A stretch of DNA of 64,000 nt from Rhizobium sp. Q54 (GCA_945904955.1 CAMDPO010000007.1:11839-75838), one strand, 5' to 3'; shown: positions 38,312-48,526, counted from the stretch's first letter. Numbers and translations: made by a program. The notes: generated by a model not told the origin, from the letters alone.

Positions 38312-39126
38312 CAGGCTCCTCCTACGGCCACGCGTTTCACCGATTCGCCTTCGGCCAGGCGCGAGGCCTCGAGCCCGGCAAGCAGCGCCGGATGCTCGCG
38401 CAGCAACTGCTCGCGGAACTTCTCCACCTCGGGCCCCTCGGCGAGGCGCGGGCGATCGAGCGGCACCGGGACGTCGAGCACGACCCGGCCAGGCGTAGCC
38501 GACATGAATACGACGCGGTCGCCGAGCTGGATGGCTTCGCGCAGGTCGTGGGTGACGAACACGATGGTCGCGCTGCGTGCGCGCCACTGGTCGAGCAAGA
38601 GATCGCGCAGGCGATTGGCGACCGGCGTATCGAGAGAGACGAACGGCTCGTCGAGCAGGAGCAGCGGCGGCTCGTTGACGAAGGCGCGGGCGAGCGCCAC
38701 GCGGCGCTGCATGCCGCCCGAGAGGCGGTTCGGGTAGGCATCGACGGACGCAGCTAGGCCGACCTGCTCCAAAAGCTTGCGCGGCATGCCCTGGGCGACG
38801 GCGCGGTGGGTGGCGACCAGGGCAACATTCTGCTCGACGGTGAGCCACGGCATCAGGCGCGGCGACTGGAACATGTAGCCGAGCCGCGGACCGGCACCCG
38901 GCGGCTGCCCGGCAATGCGCACGTCGCCTTCGAAGCCCGTGTCGAGGCCGCTGACGATGTTCAGGAAGGTCGTCTTGCCGGAACCGGACGGCCCGATGAT
39001 GCAGCAGAATTGCCCGCGCGGTACCGAAAAGCGCAGCTGCGACAGCGCCAGGAACTCGCCGCCGTCCGGCGACGCGAAGACCTTGCGTTGGATATCGACC
39101 TCAAGCGCGTTCATGGACGGGGTCAT
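38311..39126 (-). CDS. ABC ATPase, NitT/TauT family
   Basis: GPSGSGKTT, FQSPRLMPW, LSGGMQRRV and LDEPFVSLD. Confidence 0.9.
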
Positions 39127-39133
39127 GGATGCG

Positions 39134-40030
39134 TTACATCCGCCACTTGGTCGCGCGCCGCTCCAAGGGACGCACGATGAAGCCCTCGATGAGCATCACC
39201 ACGCAGATGAACGAGAACGCGTAGGCAAGCAGCAAGTCCACGTCGAGCATCGAGAAACTGTTGGCCAGCATGAAGCCGACGCCGTTCGAACGCCCCAACA
39301 ACTCGTAGACGAGAACGATCTTCCAGATGAGCGCGATGCCGTTGCGCGCCGCCACCATGAAATAGGGATAGAGCTGGGGCAGGAACACCCGCCGCAGAGT
39401 CTGCCAGCGCGACAGCCGGAAGGCGCGCGCCACGTGCAGCAGGTCCGGCTGTACGGCCGAGGCGCCTTCGCGCGTCGTCACGGCGACGAGCGGCACCTTG
39501 TTGATGATGACTGCCACGATGAGCGCGAGGTCGTTGAGGCCGAGCCAGATGTAGCAAAGGATGCCCACCACCAGCGCCGGCATGTTCAGGCCGAGAAGCA
39601 CCCACCCGTCGAAGAAGCGATTGAGGGCCTTGATGCGGCCAAGTGCGATGCCGATCGTGCCGCCCAAAATCATGGAGAAGACAAAGGCGACCACGGCGCG
39701 GCGAAGCGTCTGGTAGATGTTGAAGATCAAGTCGCTCGTCGTGAACGAGAAGCCGAGCAAATTGATGTCGTTGCGCGTCAGCCCCGAACTATGGGTGGCG
39801 GCGTGCCAAATCGCCTGCGCCACCGCCACCGGCGACGGGAAATAGATGGCATTGCGGACGCGCTGATACTGATCATCGACGAACAGTTCCGATGTCATCG
39901 CCCACGCCGCCACATGCCACACCGCGATCAACGCGATGAAGGATGCGAGGCGCACCCAGGGTGGCGAGGAAAACGGAGAAGCAGTCAGGAGCCGCGAACT
40001 GCGGCTCCTGACTCCAACATTAGCTGTCAT
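39134..40030 (-). CDS. ABC permease, NitT/TauT family
   Basis: LNMPALV..ILCYIWLGL, NKVP and LIWKIVLVYELLGRSNGVG. Confidence 0.88.
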   Translation of the reverse strand: MTANVGVRSRSSRLLTASPFSSPPWVRLASFIALIAVWHVAAWAMTSELFVDDQYQRVRNAIYFPSPVAVAQAIWHAATHSSGLTRNDINLLGFSFTTSDLIFNIYQTLRRAVVAFVFSMILGGTIGIALGRIKALNRFFDGWVLLGLNMPALVVGILCYIWLGLNDLALIVAVIINKVPLVAVTTREGASAVQPDLLHVARAFRLSRWQTLRRVFLPQLYPYFMVAARNGIALIWKIVLVYELLGRSNGVGFMLANSFSMLDVDLLLAYAFSFICVVMLIEGFIVRPLERRATKWRM

Positions 40031-40066
40031 CTGCGGTTACTACAAGACCGAAGCGCTGCGCGCGTT

Positions 40067-41086
40067 CTAGAACGTGAAGCCGCCATAGAAGGTGCCCGGA
40101 GCGACAGTCTTCGCTCCAGTCACTTCCGGCGCAATCTCGGCCAGGATCGTGAAGGCCTTTTCGGCGGCGGCGCGATCCTCGGCCGTGTACGAGGTGACGA
40201 TGCCGCGGCGGTACTGATCGCGCAGCGCCGTGAACAGCGCCGGATCCGTGGCGGCGCCCATCCGGTCCTTGAGCGCATCCCACGCGGCGTTGTCGGTGCG
40301 CAGTACCTGCTTGGTGGCGAGCGAAGCCTTGAGGAAGTTCTGGACCAGCGCCGTATTCTGGCGCGCCCAGCCATCCTTGAAGACCCAGCCGATCAGCGGC
40401 ATCGGACGGGCGACGCCGAGTTCGACCAGGATCTTGTCGGTGCCGATCAGCTCGACGAAGTTCGGCTTCGCCAACAGGCGAGCGTTCCAGTTCCACATGT
40501 TCATCGTCGCTTCGGCCTCGCCCTTCTCGAGGGCGTCGTTGACCAGCTGCGGCGCGGCGAACTTCACTTCCTTGGCGGCCTGGGCGACGTCCAGGCCGAT
40601 GTTGGCCTTGGTCCAGGTGCGGAGCAGAAGATAGCTCTTGTCGTTGGCGCCGCCCGAGACGGCGATCGTCTTGCCGGCAAGGTCACGCACGGACTTTACC
40701 GGGCCGTCCTTCTTGACGATGACGCCGCCCACGGTGAGCGAATGCGGCACCCAGGTGTAGTCGAGGCCGCGCGAGCGCGCGATCGACACGACCATATAAT
40801 CGCTGACGATCAGGTTGACCGCGTCGCCGGCGAGCGCGATGTCGGTCGCCGGGTTATCGGCGTAGCCCTGGATCTCGAGCTGGAAGCCGTTGGCCTTGTC
40901 GAGGCCGCGCGCCTGCATCGTCACGAGCTCCCAATTGACGGTGCCGGTGGCGAGCACGCCGGCCTTCACCGTCGGCAGTGCGCCTTGCGCCCAAGCGCGA
41001 CCCGTTCCCAGGGTACTAACGGCTGCCAGACCGCCCGCACCAATCGCCGCCTTCTTCAGGAAGGCTCTCCGTTGAACCAGTGCCAT
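40067..41086 (-). CDS. NitT/TauT-family substrate-binding protein, PqqT-like, Tat signal
   Basis: QRRAFL Tat motif; GTVNWEL, GLDK, IVSD, GGANDKS.LLL and LRD.YR.GI. Confidence 0.8.
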   Translation of the reverse strand: MALVQRRAFLKKAAIGAGGLAAVSTLGTGRAWAQGALPTVKAGVLATGTVNWELVTMQARGLDKANGFQLEIQGYADNPATDIALAGDAVNLIVSDYMVVSIARSRGLDYTWVPHSLTVGGVIVKKDGPVKSVRDLAGKTIAVSGGANDKSYLLLRTWTKANIGLDVAQAAKEVKFAAPQLVNDALEKGEAEATMNMWNWNARLLAKPNFVELIGTDKILVELGVARPMPLIGWVFKDGWARQNTALVQNFLKASLATKQVLRTDNAAWDALKDRMGAATDPALFTALRDQYRRGIVTSYTAEDRAAAEKAFTILAEIAPEVTGAKTVAPGTFYGGFTF

Positions 41087-41433
41087 TTGTCCTCTCCTCA
41101 CGTTCGAATCGGGCCGAACCCCGGTTTCCGGCCCTGGCCTGGTGGCCAGTCCCGTGCGCACGCGACCCCTGCGCGAAAACCCGGTCGCTACCATAGCATC
41201 CCCCCTACTCCCGGACCACGCGGGCGCCCTGGTCGCGGCGCCCCTGCCGAGCCGACGAGGCGGTCTGCAGCTGGTCCGGAATCAAGAGGTTGGCCCTCTT
41301 CCGGTACCTGCTCACTCGCCCGAGAGTGGCGCCCGAATCAACCTATGTGCGGTATTGGGTTTTCCGCTGTTCGCGGCGCGCGGCGCTGGCCGTAAGGTGC
41401 GCGCGCGGAGGTGCCGACGATGACGATCAACCC

Positions 41434-41826
41434 ATGACGATCAAAGTCTTGCGACAGGCCGCCAGCCTGCTCGGCGTGGCCTGCCTGCTGGCGCTCGCGA
41501 GCCCGGCCCAGGCCCAAGACCCGGGCCTGCTCAAGTTCTGGACGACCTGCGGCGCCTGCCACACCCTCGATACGACAGGGGGCCATTCCGAGGGCCCGAA
41601 CCTGTGGGGCATCGTCGGCAAGACCATGGGTGTCCTGCCGCGCTTTGCGACCTATTCGGCGGCCATGAAAGAAGCGGCCGGCCGCAACGTCGTGTGGACC
41701 GAGGAGCTCCTCGACCGCTGGCTGCAGAACCCCCAAGCGATGGTGCCGGGCAACGAGATGGAGTTCAGCCTCGACGCCGCCGCCGACCGCGCAGCAGTCA
41801 TCGGCTACTTGCGCACCCAGCGCTAG
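41434..41826 (+). CDS. Class I c-type cytochrome (c2-like)
   Basis: Signal peptide; CGACH, GPNLWG and PGNEM. Confidence 0.88.
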   Translation: MTIKVLRQAASLLGVACLLALASPAQAQDPGLLKFWTTCGACHTLDTTGGHSEGPNLWGIVGKTMGVLPRFATYSAAMKEAAGRNVVWTEELLDRWLQNPQAMVPGNEMEFSLDAAADRAAVIGYLRTQR

Positions 41827-41867
41827 ACTAGCAGCCGCGCGCGCAGCACTCGCTGCTCCCGTCTCTC

Positions 41868-41908
41868 AAAAACAAAAGAGCCGCCGGCTTCCCGGCGGCT
41901 CTTTGTTT
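41868..41908. terminator. Bidirectional intrinsic terminator
   Basis: AAAGAGCCGCCGG-CTTC-CCGGCGGCTCTTT between convergent genes. Confidence 0.85.
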
Positions 41909-41937
41909 GCTGCGAAGCGAAGTGCGGGGCTAGCTGC

Positions 41938-43188
41938 TTAGGCCCACATCTTCAGGGTGTTGAACTTCGTGCCGCTGAGGACCTTCTCGGATTCCTTGTA
42001 GCCAAGGAACTCCTCGATGAGGGTCGCGTACACGCGGCGGAAGTCGGTGGTGTACTGCAGGTTGTCGTCCAGCACGAGGTTGGTGAGCGACATCTTCTCG
42101 CCGTAGATGCCACCCTTGACGCCGCCGCCGACGATGAACGCAACGTTGCCTGCGCCGTGGTCGGTGCCGAGGCTCGTGTTCTCCGGAACGCGCCGGCCGA
42201 ACTCCGAGTGGATCAGCATGGCAACGTCGTTCTCCTTACCCATGCGCTTCATCTCTTGATAGAAGCCCCACACGGCGTCGGAGTTGTACTGCACCTGGCG
42301 GTCGTGCGGGCTCTGCTGGTTGACGTGGGTGTCGAACAAGCTGCCACGCAGCGGCACGTAGTAGATGCGCGCCGGGAAGTCGCCTTCGATCAGCGCAGCG
42401 ACGCGGTCGAGGTCGCGCAGGTTGAGGTCCGGGTTGCGCGTGCGGCCGTACTTGGCCCACGCCTCACCGACCAACGCGGAGGCATCACGAGCGCTCTTGG
42501 TGACGTCCAAGAGGTACTTGTGGGTGTCGCCGACGGCGACCTGGTCCTTGTCGATGTTCTGCAGGACCGCGCGCTGCTGGTAGTAGAAGTCGCGCGCGAA
42601 GGTGTTCGGATCCATGAACACCACCGGCACGTGCTTGTTGGCGCGCACCGCCAGCGTCTGGCTGGTCGATACGTTGACGAGGAAGTTCGCCTTGCCGGTC
42701 GGCTCGATGGCGTCGGCGGTGCGGGCGACCCAACCGAACGGCTCGCCCGAATTCGGCGCGCCGGTGTGCCAGTAGCTGATCGACGAGAAGTGCGAGAACG
42801 ACGGCTGCTCATAGCCGACGCCCTGGACGATGCCGAGCTTGCCCTCGTCCCACAGGCGCTTGAAGCCAACCATCGACTTCTGCAGGCCGTGCATGCCATC
42901 GCCGAGCGGCAGCGTGTCCTTCTCCTTGTAGGCGAGGGTCGGGCGCTGACGGTACAGAGCGTCGTCACCGTACGGCACGACCGTCGAGAGACCGTCGTAG
43001 CCGCCGAACCACTCGAACACGACCAGGATCTTGCCCGGCGTGGCAGCGACGGCTTCCGCCATGCCACCGAACACGGGCGGCAGCGGAGCGAGACCGGCGC
43101 CGAGGCTAAAGCCGACGCCACCAGCCCCGATCGCCAGTGCCTGCCGGCGAGAGACGCCAGCATCACAGCAAAGATTGTTCATACGCAT
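41938..43188 (-). CDS. DUF1501 family protein, Tat signal
   Basis: SRRQAL; GGYDGL..VVPYGD..Y..RP, SHF, FDTH, SEFGRR.PEN.S.GTDHG. Confidence 0.87.
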   Translation of the reverse strand: MRMNNLCCDAGVSRRQALAIGAGGVGFSLGAGLAPLPPVFGGMAEAVAATPGKILVVFEWFGGYDGLSTVVPYGDDALYRQRPTLAYKEKDTLPLGDGMHGLQKSMVGFKRLWDEGKLGIVQGVGYEQPSFSHFSSISYWHTGAPNSGEPFGWVARTADAIEPTGKANFLVNVSTSQTLAVRANKHVPVVFMDPNTFARDFYYQQRAVLQNIDKDQVAVGDTHKYLLDVTKSARDASALVGEAWAKYGRTRNPDLNLRDLDRVAALIEGDFPARIYYVPLRGSLFDTHVNQQSPHDRQVQYNSDAVWGFYQEMKRMGKENDVAMLIHSEFGRRVPENTSLGTDHGAGNVAFIVGGGVKGGIYGEKMSLTNLVLDDNLQYTTDFRRVYATLIEEFLGYKESEKVLSGTKFNTLKMWA

Positions 43189-43215
43189 TGTTGAATCCTC
43201 TTCTGGGCTGGGTCG

Positions 43216-45069
43216 CTAGTTGATCTGGTATTCCGGCGTGCTCATGATCATGTGCGTGAGCATGCGCAGCGGGCTTTCCATGTAGGTCGTCGCCCGACTG
43301 ATGTCCTTGGTGCCGAGCTCGGTGTTCAGGAACGCGACCATCGATCCACGCGTTGTGCTCGACACGGGGATGCGCAGGAAGCGGCCCATCAGGTAATCGA
43401 CCGCCTCATCGGTGGTCTTCACGCCGGCGTCCACGACCATCTTGCTGAGGTCGACGCGCGCAGCGCCACGCGGCGTCGGGATCAGCTTGCGATAGGCGAG
43501 CTCCCACGCGTAGTAGCCGGAGACGCGGGTGTTGAAGAGCTCATCGCGCTCCTTCGCCACCATGTCGAAGGCGCCCATCATGCCGGGGTCGGCAAGCGCA
43601 GTGGCCTGGGTAAAGTCCTGGCCCTGGCGCAGGCGCGCACCGATCTGGCCGTCACCACCGGTAGCGGTCAGCAGGTTCGGGGCACGGAAGCCGGAGATGT
43701 CCGGGAACAGGAAGTCGCGCGCGACGTTGCCGCGTTCCAGGATCAGCGCCGGGGTCACCCACGACTTGCCCTGGGCCCAGCCAGCCACGGACGGCGGGTT
43801 GAGCAGGTGCTGGCCGAGAGCGACGGTGATGCTGTTGAAGTCCGGGATGCCGGGAACGTCTTCGGCGCCCAGCTGCTTCAGCATGGTAACGACGTGCTCG
43901 ACGGGGCCCTTGATGTGCGAGCCGTACGAGGCCGCGCTGTAGAAGTCCTTCGACAGGAACATTGCCTGCAGCAGCGGCTTCATCTCGTAGTTGCTGTCGC
44001 GCAGGATCTTGCCGAGCTGGGCCTGATACTCCGGCGACAGATCGTCGCGCACGAAGAAGCGATAGGTCTTGCCCGCGATGTAATTCGCGGTGACCGGCTG
44101 CTCCATGATGATCTTGAGCACGTCGACGCCGTTGAAGTTGCCGGTACGGCCAAGGAACGTCTTCACGCCGTCGTCGTGCTTGTCCTTGTCGACGACGAAG
44201 TCGAGGTTGTCGAAGTTCCAGCCGGTGAAGGCGCGGGCGGCTTCGCGGACGTCCTTCTCGATGTAGTTGCCGACGCCCATGGTGAAGAGCTCCATCACCT
44301 CACGAGCGAAGTTCTCGTTGGCGGCGCCCTTAACGTTCACGCCAGCGTCGAGGTAGTAGAGCATCGCCGGGTTCTGGGCGACGGCGACGGCCAGCTGCGA
44401 GAAGTTGCCGGTGGCGTACTTCTCGAACATGTCGATCTGCTGAACCATCTTGCGATAGTCGCGGACCTTGCCCTCGGCAGTGGCGAAGTGGCCGTGCCAG
44501 AACAGCGCCATCTTCTCTTCGAGCGGGTGCGAGGTGTCGAGCATGCGCTCGGCCCACCAGTAGCCGACGCGACGGGTCTCGAGGTCGGTGGCGCGCAGCC
44601 AGAAGAAGAAGCGATCGGACGTCGGCTGGACGGCGCGGTTGCCTTCCGGCTTGTTCATCACGCCGATGTTGCCGCCGTCCTTGAGCGCCTTGTCGGTCGC
44701 CGCCGGGCGGCTGTCCGGGAAGTAGGTCAGGGACGGGTCCCAGAAGCCCGACTCTTCGAACGGCTTGAGCTTCGGGTTCGGGGTGGTCTCGTAAAAGACC
44801 AGCGAGCGGACGGCGCGGTCCGGAGTCATCGCGGCGAGGCGCGCGATCTCTTCCGGGGTGCCGCTGAAGCCGGCGCGCGACAACAGGTGCGCTGCGCGGT
44901 CGTAATTCCAGTCGGCCGCGGTGATGGGCGACATGTCGCCCTTCCAGTTGGCCGGACCCGGGCTGAACGCGCCCAGTCCCGCTGGACCGGCGGACATCGC
45001 CGCTCCGGTCACGGCGATGGCCATGGCCGCCCCCGCGAGGGCGGCAATGCCGCGCTTGCGAATCGTCAT
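43216..45069 (-). CDS. DUF1800 family protein
   Basis: AAHLLSRAGF, EKMALFWHGHF, NENFAREVMELFTMG and PPSVAGW; GAGG RBS. Confidence 0.88.
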   Translation of the reverse strand: MTIRKRGIAALAGAAMAIAVTGAAMSAGPAGLGAFSPGPANWKGDMSPITAADWNYDRAAHLLSRAGFSGTPEEIARLAAMTPDRAVRSLVFYETTPNPKLKPFEESGFWDPSLTYFPDSRPAATDKALKDGGNIGVMNKPEGNRAVQPTSDRFFFWLRATDLETRRVGYWWAERMLDTSHPLEEKMALFWHGHFATAEGKVRDYRKMVQQIDMFEKYATGNFSQLAVAVAQNPAMLYYLDAGVNVKGAANENFAREVMELFTMGVGNYIEKDVREAARAFTGWNFDNLDFVVDKDKHDDGVKTFLGRTGNFNGVDVLKIIMEQPVTANYIAGKTYRFFVRDDLSPEYQAQLGKILRDSNYEMKPLLQAMFLSKDFYSAASYGSHIKGPVEHVVTMLKQLGAEDVPGIPDFNSITVALGQHLLNPPSVAGWAQGKSWVTPALILERGNVARDFLFPDISGFRAPNLLTATGGDGQIGARLRQGQDFTQATALADPGMMGAFDMVAKERDELFNTRVSGYYAWELAYRKLIPTPRGAARVDLSKMVVDAGVKTTDEAVDYLMGRFLRIPVSSTTRGSMVAFLNTELGTKDISRATTYMESPLRMLTHMIMSTPEYQIN

Positions 45070-45232
45070 AGTGAGGTACCTCCCAGAAAATTCTGTGGCC
45101 GGAATGTGCTTGGGCTCGGGGAGGGGTTTCACCTATACGAAGCATAGGCCTGGAAAGCCGCCGCTGGGGCCGGACTCCGGGCGGTTGCGGCCGGGCCGGC
45201 GGTCGGCCGATTCCGCTGAAAAGCTGCCTATT

Positions 45233-47293
45233 TCACGCCGCAGGAGCGTTGATTAGCTCGACGCGGGCCTGGCGCCGCTTGGCTCTTTGGACCAGGGGCG
45301 GGCAGACGGCTTCGTCGTGGTAGGCGACCTGGCAGTCGAGGCACTGCAGGCACTCGTTCATGTCGATGGCGCCCGTTGGCGCGATCGCGCCAACCGGGCA
45401 GTGCGTCTCGCAGATGCGGCACTCCGACCCGCATTGGGACCGCCGTCGCAGCCACCGCACCATGCGCAGGCGCCCCATCACGGCGAGGGACGCGCCCAGG
45501 GGACACAGGAAGCGACAATAGAAGCGCTCGACGAACAGGCCGATCAGCAATAGCCCCGCCGCATAGAGCACGTAGGGTGCCTCGCGCGCGAACTTGACGC
45601 TGATGGCAATCTTGAATGGTTCGACCTCGGCCGCGCTGTGCGACAGCGCCGGCGCGACGAACACCAGCACGATGATGACGATGGCAACGAGGTACTTCAC
45701 GGCCCACAGCCGCTCGTGCACCGCGCGCGGGACGCGCACCTGCGGCACGCGCAGTGCGGTGGCGACGCGGTTGGACAGCTCCTGCAGCGCGCCGAACGGG
45801 CACAGCCAGCCGCAATAGACGCCCCGCCCGACCAGCAGCAGCGTGAGACCGGTGTAGGCGCACAGCACCAATACAATCGGATCGAGCAGCAAGGTCGAGA
45901 GCGGCGTGCCGGTGAACGGCGCCTGCAAGAACGCGAGGACGTTGACGACGGACAACTGCCCGCCGGCCCACCAGCCAAGCCAGACGAGCGTCACGGTCAG
46001 GACGGCAACGCGCGTCCAGGCGTAGACGGCCGGCCGCCGCACGAGCGCATCCTGGAACACGAACACGGCGGTGACCGCCGCCAGGAGCGCCAGCAGAATG
46101 ACGATGTCGGTGCGCTTGTGCTGCCACGCCTCGACCCACGCCGGGGGCGGTTCGGGCGGCGGCAGGAGAATGTGTTCGGCGGGCAGCGTGTAGGGGACGC
46201 TGAACGGCACCGACAGAGCGGCGCCGTTCGCTGTGCGGCCGGCGACATCCACGACCAGCCGCCACGGCGACAAGGAATCGATCCCGGCGGACGGCGGCAG
46301 GAAGACGAGCGCCGCGTCGAGTTCGTCGAGCTCGGCACCGCCGCCGACGGCGCGCAGGGCGCGCAACATGGACGGCACAATGCGCACGGTGGTGCCGCCC
46401 TGGACGATCGACACGACTTCCTCAAAGAACCCGGTCGGCAGCCGAGCGCGCTCGGTGCTGGCGTACGGATACTGGCCGACGCTGGCGATCCAGACGGTGA
46501 GTCCGCCCTCGCCCTGGCGATCCATCGCCTCGTTGAAACGCTGAAGGCCGACGATGTTGGCGCCGATCGCCGGCGGCGTCAGCAGCGCCACGGAGATGTC
46601 GAGAAACGGCGCCGCCGAGTCGCGGGGTTCGTGCACCGGCGCGCCACCAACCCCTGCAAACGCGCGCACGACGTCGGCGTAGGACGCGCGCAGCGTGATG
46701 AGCGCGCCGCTGCGGCGCAGCTCGTCGGTGCTGGCCGTGGCGACGCGGGCGCGATCGAGGGTGGGCACGAGCACGTCGGCCTTCGGCAGGCGTTCGGAAG
46801 AGACGACCCGCGCCGCCGACTGCATGCCGCTCTTCATGAGACGCGCGCTGGTCGTCGCGCCCTTGACCTGGTCGGGGCGCACGGCGCGCCAATCGTTGAG
46901 GGTTGCCGCCGCGAACCCAGCAATGAAGGTCTCCATCACCCCGCGGCTGACGCCGCGGTTCAAGATCGACTCGTGCTCCTCGAGCAGCGCCGCGCCGGTG
47001 ATGCGCCCATCCAGCGCGATGCCACCGATGAGATCGAAGGCCGTGCCGGAATATCCGGTGGCATTGACGGTGTCGCGCGTCGAGAAGATGTAGCCCGCCA
47101 GTGCACCGCCGATGCGCACCGGCAAAGCAGGCGGTGTTCCTTCCGCGTCACCGACGTCTTCGGCGCCGGGAAATACTTGCTCGATCAGCGCCGGTGTCAG
47201 GCGCGCGCGCAGACCACCGATGTCAGCGGCACGCGCCGGCGACACCGCGGCGAGCAGCAGCAACGCAACGAGCAGTGCGCGGCGACGAAACAT
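45233..47293 (-). CDS. NosR/NirI-like membrane protein: FMN-binding domain plus 4Fe-4S C-terminus
   Basis: TGYSG and D..KGATTS flavinylation-type motif; YCGWLCPFGALQE, FYCRFLCPLGA, C.ICETHCP and ECLQCLDC. Confidence 0.88.
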   Translation of the reverse strand: MFRRRALLVALLLLAAVSPARAADIGGLRARLTPALIEQVFPGAEDVGDAEGTPPALPVRIGGALAGYIFSTRDTVNATGYSGTAFDLIGGIALDGRITGAALLEEHESILNRGVSRGVMETFIAGFAAATLNDWRAVRPDQVKGATTSARLMKSGMQSAARVVSSERLPKADVLVPTLDRARVATASTDELRRSGALITLRASYADVVRAFAGVGGAPVHEPRDSAAPFLDISVALLTPPAIGANIVGLQRFNEAMDRQGEGGLTVWIASVGQYPYASTERARLPTGFFEEVVSIVQGGTTVRIVPSMLRALRAVGGGAELDELDAALVFLPPSAGIDSLSPWRLVVDVAGRTANGAALSVPFSVPYTLPAEHILLPPPEPPPAWVEAWQHKRTDIVILLALLAAVTAVFVFQDALVRRPAVYAWTRVAVLTVTLVWLGWWAGGQLSVVNVLAFLQAPFTGTPLSTLLLDPIVLVLCAYTGLTLLLVGRGVYCGWLCPFGALQELSNRVATALRVPQVRVPRAVHERLWAVKYLVAIVIIVLVFVAPALSHSAAEVEPFKIAISVKFAREAPYVLYAAGLLLIGLFVERFYCRFLCPLGASLAVMGRLRMVRWLRRRSQCGSECRICETHCPVGAIAPTGAIDMNECLQCLDCQVAYHDEAVCPPLVQRAKRRQARVELINAPAA

Positions 47294-47328
47294 GGCGTCC
47301 CCTTTCCGCGCAGAGTAGCGTAGCCGCC

Positions 47329-47748
47329 ATGCGAAGGCTGACTTTGCCGCTGGCGGCGGCCGCAGCGGCGTGGCTCTCCGGCGCGACGGTACCGTCCGCG
47401 CAGTTCTTTGGCATGGATCCGGGCGAAGTCCTGTTCGGCGAATGCCGCGACTGCCACAACTTTGCGGAAGGTGCGGGGCCGGGGCGCAAGGCGCCAAATC
47501 TGTGGGGCGTCTTTGGCCGCACCGCCGGAACCGTGCCGGGCTGGGACTACACGCCGGAGCTCAAGGGCTCCGGCATCGTGTGGACCGAGACGACCATGGA
47601 CAAGTGGTTGCGCAATCCGGGCGCCGTGGTGCCAGGCACCAAGATGGACTTCCAGGTGCCGAACGACGAGCAGCGCGAACTCGTGCTCGAGTACATCCGG
47701 AACGCCGACCTGGCGGGCTACGTGCGCGCCATTCAGGGCTTGAAGTAA
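47329..47748 (+). CDS. Class I c-type cytochrome (c2-like)
   Basis: Signal peptide; CRDCH, APNLWGVFGR and PGTKM. Confidence 0.88.
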   Translation: MRRLTLPLAAAAAAWLSGATVPSAQFFGMDPGEVLFGECRDCHNFAEGAGPGRKAPNLWGVFGRTAGTVPGWDYTPELKGSGIVWTETTMDKWLRNPGAVVPGTKMDFQVPNDEQRELVLEYIRNADLAGYVRAIQGLK

Positions 47749-47759
47749 CGCCCTCGGGC

Positions 47760-47859
47760 GTCATTGCGAGCGCAGCGAAGCAATCCAGGCTTTGTTCTTG
47801 TTCCTCGGCTGCGACGGAACCCTTGGATTGCCGCGCTCGCTACGCTCGCTCGCAATGAC
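47760..47859. repeat. Palindromic repeat element (alphaproteobacterial RPE/REP-like)
   Basis: GTCATTGCGAGCGCAGCGAAGCAATCCAG...TGGATTGC...CTCGCAATGAC with terminal inverted repeats. Confidence 0.8.
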
Positions 47860-47868
47860 ACTCGAACG

Positions 47869-47897
47869 AAAAAGGCCGCCCGAGGGGCGGCCTTTCC
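47869..47897. terminator. Bidirectional intrinsic terminator
   Basis: AAAAAGGCCGCCC-GAG-GGGCGGCCTTT. Confidence 0.75.
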
Positions 47898-47918
47898 GTT
47901 TCAGAAATGCAGCGTACT

Positions 47919-48521
47919 TCAGTTCGCGCCGGCGGTGAAATCCTTGTCGGGCAGCGTGACGTTCTGCAGAGCGCCGAGCCTCAAGACCTGATCCTCGACG
48001 CGCAACTCGGTCGGATCGGTATAGCCGGTGTCGGTGCGATCCATCTGCTGCAACTGCGCCAGCTGCTGGTCGTCCGTGCCGCGATCCTGCTCTTCCTCGT
48101 CATACATCTCGGCAGTGCCACCGACCTCTTGGCCGTTGGTGATCATGTCGAGGGCGTTCTGGATGCCGGTCTCGAGCGGCTGCGTGTACGGCAGGCGGTA
48201 GGCGCGCGGCACGCCGTTCGGCACGTTGTTCTTGTCGAGCGCTTCCACCCACATGTAGACGGCACCCGCCTGGTTCATCAGCTTGTCGGGCTCGTTGACC
48301 TTGGCCCACAGCAGCTGGAACTTTTCAGGCAGGCGATCTTTCACCGGCCAGCCCATCAAGTCGATCATCGAGTAGTACGAGATGACGAAGAAGGCCGAGG
48401 TGACGACGATCGCCGTAGCCTTGACCCACCACGCCCAGCGCGGCGCGATGTTCAGGCTGAGCAGCAGGACGGCCATGATCACGTAGGCCGCGAGAACTCC
48501 GATGAAACCGAGGGACAACAT
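47919..48521 (-). CDS. Two-TM hypothetical protein, third gene of the MotA-like operon
   Basis: Two N-terminal TMs; GWP..LP..F.LLW..V.EPDK and PRAYRLPY; acidic C-terminal tail. Confidence 0.75.
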   Translation of the reverse strand: MLSLGFIGVLAAYVIMAVLLLSLNIAPRWAWWVKATAIVVTSAFFVISYYSMIDLMGWPVKDRLPEKFQLLWAKVNEPDKLMNQAGAVYMWVEALDKNNVPNGVPRAYRLPYTQPLETGIQNALDMITNGQEVGGTAEMYDEEEQDRGTDDQQLAQLQQMDRTDTGYTDPTELRVEDQVLRLGALQNVTLPDKDFTAGAN

Positions 48522-48526
48522 GGCGC

